A DNA stretch of 64,000 nucleotides from an uncultured Nitrososphaerota archaeon (lineage in GTDB: Archaea > Thermoproteota > Nitrososphaeria > Nitrososphaerales > Gagatemarchaeaceae). The stretch lies in NCBI GenBank assembly GCA_963703285.1, contig OY969807.1, forward strand, positions 2,188,124 to 2,252,123, written 5' to 3'. Position 1 is the first letter of the stretch. Each line of letters starts with the position of its first letter. This document shows positions 59,392 to 64,000 of the stretch, piece by piece. The notes under the pieces were generated by a model, which ran no database searches, was not told the origin of the DNA, and saw only the letters and a list, made by a program, of their open reading frames with translations. The position numbers and the translations under genes were made by a program.

Positions 59392-59748
59392 ATGGTGAGC
59401 GTTTCCGAGGTCTTCGACCTGGCGAGGAGCGGCGAGCGGGAGACAGCTGCCAGCGTCCTGAAACAGGAGTTCCAGAGGCTCCAGTCGTCCGAGCAGAAGG
59501 TCCAGCTGTGCGAGTGGATAGCGAGCTGCTTCGAGAACCTCAACGACTACGCGCAGGCAGCCGAGTGGTATGAGATGGCGGGCCTACTCTCGCTCTCGGA
59601 GACCGGGTCCGATCTCGTCAACGCTCTCATGGCCCTCGAGCAGTACGAGAAGGCGCTCTCCTGCCACGAACAGGGGGAGGACGAGGAAGCTGCGCAGAAG
59701 TGCCTCCAGATCATCTCGGAACTCAGGCGTGCTTACGCAGCCGCCTAG
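59392..59748 (+). CDS. TPR-like hypothetical protein
   Basis: Helical repeats AAEWYEMAG, ALEQYEKAL. Confidence 0.65.
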   Translation: MVSVSEVFDLARSGERETAASVLKQEFQRLQSSEQKVQLCEWIASCFENLNDYAQAAEWYEMAGLLSLSETGSDLVNALMALEQYEKALSCHEQGEDEEAAQKCLQIISELRRAYAAA

Positions 59749-59778
59749 CCGGCCCGCACGGTTACCCGGCGAACCTGG

Positions 59779-59928
59779 TCAATCCTGCTTGCCCTTGTCG
59801 AGCGTCCTGCGTCTGTTGACCGTCTTCTGGTAGCACTCGTTGCAGACGAGCTCCTCCTTCATTCCAATCTTGAATGGTTTGGCGTCGGCGTCGAGCTCTT
59901 CGTCGCAGAGGTAGCACCTCACTTCCAA
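59779..59928 (-). CDS. Small zinc-finger protein, 49 aa
   Basis: (M)EVRCYLCDEE..VCNECY; directly downstream of hjc. Confidence 0.6.
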   Translation of the reverse strand: MEVRCYLCDEELDADAKPFKIGMKEELVCNECYQKTVNRRRTLDKGKQD

Positions 59929-59932
59929 GGTC

Positions 59933-60229
59933 TCAGCCCCGCGCCACCGAGACCCGCCTCTTCTCGAGATTCCCTCTTCCCTTGAAATGCCAAACTTCAG
60001 CGTCGGCATCGAAAGCCTCTGCCCATTTAACTAATTCCCTCAGCTCGTCGCTCTTTATCCTCGCGCTGCCGCTCTTGACCTGGACGAGCATCACCCTCCC
60101 TTCCTTCGCCGCAAAGATGTCGACCGGACTGTGCGACGCGGCGCTCCGGCCGACCAGCCATCCCTCGCGCCGCAGGAGTTCCATGCACCTGTACTCCTTC
60201 GCGCGGCCTCTCCCGTACTGTGTTACCAA
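59933..60229 (-). CDS. hjc: Holliday junction resolvase Hjc-like
   Basis: GRAKEY, RSAAS..VDIFA, VQVKS. Confidence 0.75.
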   Translation of the reverse strand: MVTQYGRGRAKEYRCMELLRREGWLVGRSAASHSPVDIFAAKEGRVMLVQVKSGSARIKSDELRELVKWAEAFDADAEVWHFKGRGNLEKRRVSVARG

Positions 60230-60322
60230 GTTCGGACCCCCGCGTCAATCGGTGCAATATAGATAACCTCCTCTCCTCGGGTAAGCTTATGTCGTGGTGT
60301 TCCGAAAGCGGGCTGAGCATCA

Positions 60323-60967
60323 TTGAACCTCGAGAGCGTGGACGTCTCGCTTGACAAGATCCAGGGGAACCTGCAGGAGACCCTGAACCGCAGGGAACGA
60401 ATGCTGAAGGAGAGCAGGGACGCCATCCTCTCCTGTTCGAAGGCCATCGTCTTCCTGCACTCAGGGAAGAACCACGAGGCCAGGGGCGAGATAGCCAACG
60501 CAGGGAAGGTCCTACAAAGGTTGAGGAAGGACGGGGTCGGCGGTCTGGCGAGGTACCTCCTCTCGCCGGAGACCGAGTTCGTGGAAGCGTCGACCGTCGA
60601 ATCCTTGGTGCTGGGAAAGGGGATCAAGGACGCCCGGGCCCTGGGAGTCTCCGACGAGGCGTACCTCTTGGGTCTGCTCGACACCGTGGGGGAGGTGAAG
60701 AGGCTCCTACTCGCCTCGATTACCGAGGGCAGAGCGGAGAAGACGAGGGAGTACTTCGGGGTGATCGAGGAGCTCTACTCGCACCTCTCTCCGTTTGCGG
60801 TGTACGACAACGTCGTCAACGGGCTTCGAAGGAAGATCGACGTGGCCCGGATGATAACCGAGGACGTCCGTGGGATCGTCGCCGAGGAGACCAGGAGGGA
60901 GGTTCTGCTCTCCTCGATGAAGAGCCTTCGGGATGACATCAGGAGGTCGAGGAATGCCCGCTCGTGA
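60323..60967 (+). CDS. Translin-family RNA-binding protein
   Basis: EFVEA, YLLGLLDTVGEVKR, LRRKID. Confidence 0.85.
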   Translation: MNLESVDVSLDKIQGNLQETLNRRERMLKESRDAILSCSKAIVFLHSGKNHEARGEIANAGKVLQRLRKDGVGGLARYLLSPETEFVEASTVESLVLGKGIKDARALGVSDEAYLLGLLDTVGEVKRLLLASITEGRAEKTREYFGVIEELYSHLSPFAVYDNVVNGLRRKIDVARMITEDVRGIVAEETRREVLLSSMKSLRDDIRRSRNARS

Positions 60968-61078
60968 AACTATTGCGGGTTCGCCGCTCGCTTCATCCGC
61001 CGCCGAGCCGCCCGGGGGATGAATATGGTCTTATACACCATACAATTGGCTCAAGGGACGCCTCCCGGTTGAATCGAG

Positions 61079-61756
61079 ATGGAGAAGCTTAGTCCCGTCC
61101 TGATGTCGGAGCTGTATGAGCTCGTGAAGCTCAAGGCCCACCAGAAGTTCGTAACCATCTCCTCGGAGGAACTCGCCTCCAAGATGGGTCAGAGTCAGCA
61201 GTCTGCCTCCCAGCACCTCCAGAGGCTGGAGAAGATGGGCCTCATCGAGCGAAGGAGGACGGGCCTCAAGTTCGCGATAAGGCTGACACCGAAGGGATAC
61301 GACCTCGTTCGGTCGCACTACTCGCAGTTGAAGGCGGCGGTCGAGGAAAAGGAGAAGGAGATCATCTTCAAGGGGAGGGTCTTCCAAGGATTCGGGGAGG
61401 CCGCGTACTACATCGGCAACGAAGGATACAGAGTCCAGTTTCTCAAGGTGCTGGGGTTCGACCCATTCCTCGGGACCCTCAACCTGAAACTAGAGTCTCC
61501 CATCCAGATGGAGCAGAAGCGCGAACTCCGTTCGCGCGAGGGACTGGAGATCGAGGGCTTTGAGAACGGCAAGAGGACCTACGGTGGGGCGAAGTGCTTC
61601 CGGGCCGTGGTGAACGGGAAGATACCCGCCGGAGTGCTCGTCATCGAGAGGACCCACTACGATGACAGCGTGTTGGAGATCATATCCCCAGCCGCCTTCA
61701 GGAAGGACCTCGGCCTGAAGGACGGGGACGAGGTCACCGTCGCCGTCTTCGCCTAG
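61079..61756 (+). CDS. ribK: CTP-dependent riboflavin kinase with N-terminal HTH
   Basis: SQQSASQHL HTH, GFGEAAYY, GTLN, ERTHY. Confidence 0.92.
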   Translation: MEKLSPVLMSELYELVKLKAHQKFVTISSEELASKMGQSQQSASQHLQRLEKMGLIERRRTGLKFAIRLTPKGYDLVRSHYSQLKAAVEEKEKEIIFKGRVFQGFGEAAYYIGNEGYRVQFLKVLGFDPFLGTLNLKLESPIQMEQKRELRSREGLEIEGFENGKRTYGGAKCFRAVVNGKIPAGVLVIERTHYDDSVLEIISPAAFRKDLGLKDGDEVTVAVFA

Positions 61757-62358
61757 ACGCCTAGGGTGCTCACTATCTTCGAGGTCTTGACTCCCGGTAT
61801 CGGGGAGCTCAGCCTCACGACCTTGACCTGCAAACCCCTCTTTGCCGCCTCGTTTTCAATCTCCTGCGGGTTGTGCTTCTGGTCGTAACCCAGCGCCACC
61901 GTGTCCGGCTTCACCTTCTCGAGCGTGTCGTAGATGCTGCCCAAACCCCCAGGAAGGGCGAGGTCCACGTTGCGGAGAGCTGAAATGAGCCTGACCCTCC
62001 ACTCCTGTGAGGTCACCGGCTCGCGACCCTTGTTCCTGGCCACGGTCTTGTCTGCCGCGACCACGACGACGAGGGTATCACCGTATCTCCGCGCCTCAGA
62101 GATGGTATGAAGATGCCCGGGGTGTATTATCTCGAACGCGCCCCCTATCATGACCACGGCGAGCTCCTTCCTCCCCTTCGGGGTGAGGCTGATAGCGTCG
62201 TTGCGCATCTCGACCAGACCGTCCCTCGAGGCTTCCTCGAGCCTACCCCAGACCGTCTCGAGGTCGCCCTCCACGACCGTCGATACCGAATCGAGGCTCG
62301 CTGCACCGTCCCGCAGCGCTGTCACGTACACAGCCCTGAGAAGCGCGTTGTCGTCCAA
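61753..62358 (-). CDS. ribL: FAD synthase (cytidylyltransferase family) with N-terminal extension
   Basis: GAFEIIHPGH, LGYDQ, TSKI; adjacent to ribK. Confidence 0.8.
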   Translation of the reverse strand: MDDNALLRAVYVTALRDGAASLDSVSTVVEGDLETVWGRLEEASRDGLVEMRNDAISLTPKGRKELAVVMIGGAFEIIHPGHLHTISEARRYGDTLVVVVAADKTVARNKGREPVTSQEWRVRLISALRNVDLALPGGLGSIYDTLEKVKPDTVALGYDQKHNPQEIENEAAKRGLQVKVVRLSSPIPGVKTSKIVSTLGV

Positions 62359-62361
62359 GTC

Positions 62362-63402
62362 TTACCAGTCCAGCTTGATCTTTCCGGTGAACGTGAGCGA
62401 GTCGATCAGCCCCTCCGCGTAGCCGACGCTCAGCATCGCCAGCTCATCCTGTTCGTTCGCGAGGAATGACTCGGCGTCCCTCAGGTAGAGCTCGGAGTTC
62501 TCGAACAGATCCTCGTATCCCTGCTTCAACTCGTCCTGCGCCAACCCCAGGGCCTTCTTAGCCTTTTCAACGTATCTCGGGACCAGCACCTGCGCGGTCC
62601 GCCTTACAGATGCCGCATTGTCGCCGATTCGTTCGCGGGCGATTCCGCTGACAGAGGCGAGCGACTCTACCTCGCTGAAGTGCATCCTGCCCGGGACGAT
62701 GGCGACATGGGGGGGTTCGCCGTAGTCGAGTCCGTACATCTCTTCTATGGCGCCTGCCCGAACCGACTCCATCTCTGTCCCCACCCTGCTCAGGACGACG
62801 ATGAAGGTCTTGCCGCTGAGGACCTCCCGCTTGAAATTCTTCTCTGCGGCGAGGAGGCCCTCCATGAGCGACCTCGGCGTCGCGCCCTCGCCCGCCTCGG
62901 TGTCGAACTCGAGCAGCAGCAGCGTGTGGGAGCCTTCGAGCAGGTTCTTGTGGACCCTCTGGTACACCTGCTGGTGGTAGTTCACGCTCTCCCTTGTGAA
63001 AGTCACCGTCGCGCCGAACTTGTAGTAGTGGAGCCCGCTCGAGCTCGCCGCTGCAGCCGCGATGGTGGTCCCGTGGATGACAGAGGTCGGTATGCCTGCA
63101 GAGCCGGCCCTCACCCTCAGGTCGCTGTGCGTGGTGGCTATCATCGGGTCTCCCTGGACGGCGAGCACCACGTCACGGTCGGCCGCGTCTTCGATTATCT
63201 TCCTCCCGTCCTCGACGAAGGCGCGGTCCACGATGGTAAGGGTCCTACCCGCAGCCGCCTCAAGTTCCTGCAGCAGGCGTGGTTCGTGCGGGGTCGTGTA
63301 GTATTCGAGGTACGCGACGTCGGCATCTCTGATAGCCTTCACGCCGCCGATGCTCACTCCCTGGTCGCCGAGGCCAAGGCCCACGAAGGTCAGCTTACCC
63401 AT
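62362..63402 (-). CDS. dph5: Diphthine synthase with C-terminal DUF357-like domain
   Basis: FVGLG, YLEYYT, GDPMIATTH, GLHYYKFG, HTLLLL; C-terminal YAEGLIDSL. Confidence 0.92.
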   Translation of the reverse strand: MGKLTFVGLGLGDQGVSIGGVKAIRDADVAYLEYYTTPHEPRLLQELEAAAGRTLTIVDRAFVEDGRKIIEDAADRDVVLAVQGDPMIATTHSDLRVRAGSAGIPTSVIHGTTIAAAAASSSGLHYYKFGATVTFTRESVNYHQQVYQRVHKNLLEGSHTLLLLEFDTEAGEGATPRSLMEGLLAAEKNFKREVLSGKTFIVVLSRVGTEMESVRAGAIEEMYGLDYGEPPHVAIVPGRMHFSEVESLASVSGIARERIGDNAASVRRTAQVLVPRYVEKAKKALGLAQDELKQGYEDLFENSELYLRDAESFLANEQDELAMLSVGYAEGLIDSLTFTGKIKLDW

Positions 63403-63510
63403 TCTACAAACCGCCGGTCGAACGGCTCGGTTGTTAATAATCAATCCGTGAGATGCAAAGTTCTCGAGCTGGTGGGGGTTATTAATCAAATTTGCTTCAC
63501 AACCTGAAAA

Positions 63511-63861
63511 TTGCCATACAAAGACAAGGGCAAACAACGCGCCGCTTATCGGCGTTGGTATCTGAAGCATAGGAAAGAACAGATTTTCAGAGTACACAGA
63601 AACCGGCTAGACATAATGCGCAAAAGGAAGGTGGCTCTAGTCTCGCGGCTCGGAGGCAAGTGCAGCACATGCGGCTACTCTAGAAATCTGGCCGCTTTGT
63701 GTCTCCATCATGTTGATCCGGGAGTCAAGGACGCCAGCCCATCTGTGATTCTGCGCGACAGGACTATGGAGAGCGCCGAATTGAAAGGCTTGGTCCTACT
63801 TTGTCATAATTGCCATGCAGAAATACATCACCCGAATTTGACAATGGAAATCAAACAATAA
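63511..63861 (+). CDS. Free-standing HNH endonuclease, likely horizontally acquired
   Basis: CSTCGY..LHHVDP..LLCHNCHAEIH with a basic N-terminus; sampled lines about 40-52% GC against a much more GC-rich host. Confidence 0.85.
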   Translation: MPYKDKGKQRAAYRRWYLKHRKEQIFRVHRNRLDIMRKRKVALVSRLGGKCSTCGYSRNLAALCLHHVDPGVKDASPSVILRDRTMESAELKGLVLLCHNCHAEIHHPNLTMEIKQ

Positions 63862-63889
63862 ATACGGTTCAACAGACCTTCGAGGAAGC

Positions 63890-64000
63890 GGGCCCGTGGC
63901 TCAGCCAGGTTAGAGCGGCTGGCTCTTAGCTAGCTTGTGGGAGAAACCAGCATGTCGTGGGAGGCGCCAAAGCGTCCACGAATTCAAATCCCACCGGGCC
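63890..64000 (+). tRNA. tRNA-Lys(CUU) with two introns: 63929-63945 (37/38) and 63962-63982 (53/54); 3' end clipped by the window
   Basis: GGGCCCG acceptor, D-arm GCTCAGCCAGGTTAGAGC, anticodon arm GCTGG-CTCTTA/A-CCAGC, T-arm GTGGG/TTCAAAT-CCCAC after intron removal. Confidence 0.9.

Noticed and set aside
62362-63402. Dph5-DUF357 fusion and long upstream ORF extension to 63597
   Set aside because: The fusion is, to my recollection, usual in this lineage; the extension crosses promoter sequence and the real start is the ATG at 63402.
1-64000. CRISPR arrays, IS elements, integrases, rRNA genes
   Set aside because: None recognised by eye; no regularly spaced repeats or transposase/integrase motifs seen.

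Overview
GC-rich archaeal chromosome segment, most consistent with a non-ammonia-oxidising Nitrososphaerota (thaumarchaeote-like) organism; this placement is inferred from gene content and protein style. It is mostly core genes: a carB-carA / argG-argH-lysW-argX-lysY-lysZ-lysJ-lysM-lysX-lysK Arg/Lys biosynthesis supercluster, archease-rtcB, rtcA, aCPSF1, two proteasome beta subunits, egsA, a beta-oxidation cluster, KEOPS (kae1, bud32, pcc1), ribosomal proteins, serS, fen1, hjc, ribK/ribL, dph5, a C/D-box sRNA, an AT-richer HNH endonuclease and a two-intron tRNA-Lys(CUU) at the right edge. The standout is a 21-nt stop-containing insertion in carB (1506-1526). It folds into a tRNA-type bulge-helix splicing motif, its removal exactly restores the conserved GEFDYSG motif, it is 16/21 identical to the non-canonical 53/54 intron of the tRNA-Lys 62 kb away, and it sits in a T-arm-like site of the mRNA. 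This suggests a tRNA intron has colonised a protein-coding gene. Five single-base frameshifts in conserved genes look like sequencing indels.
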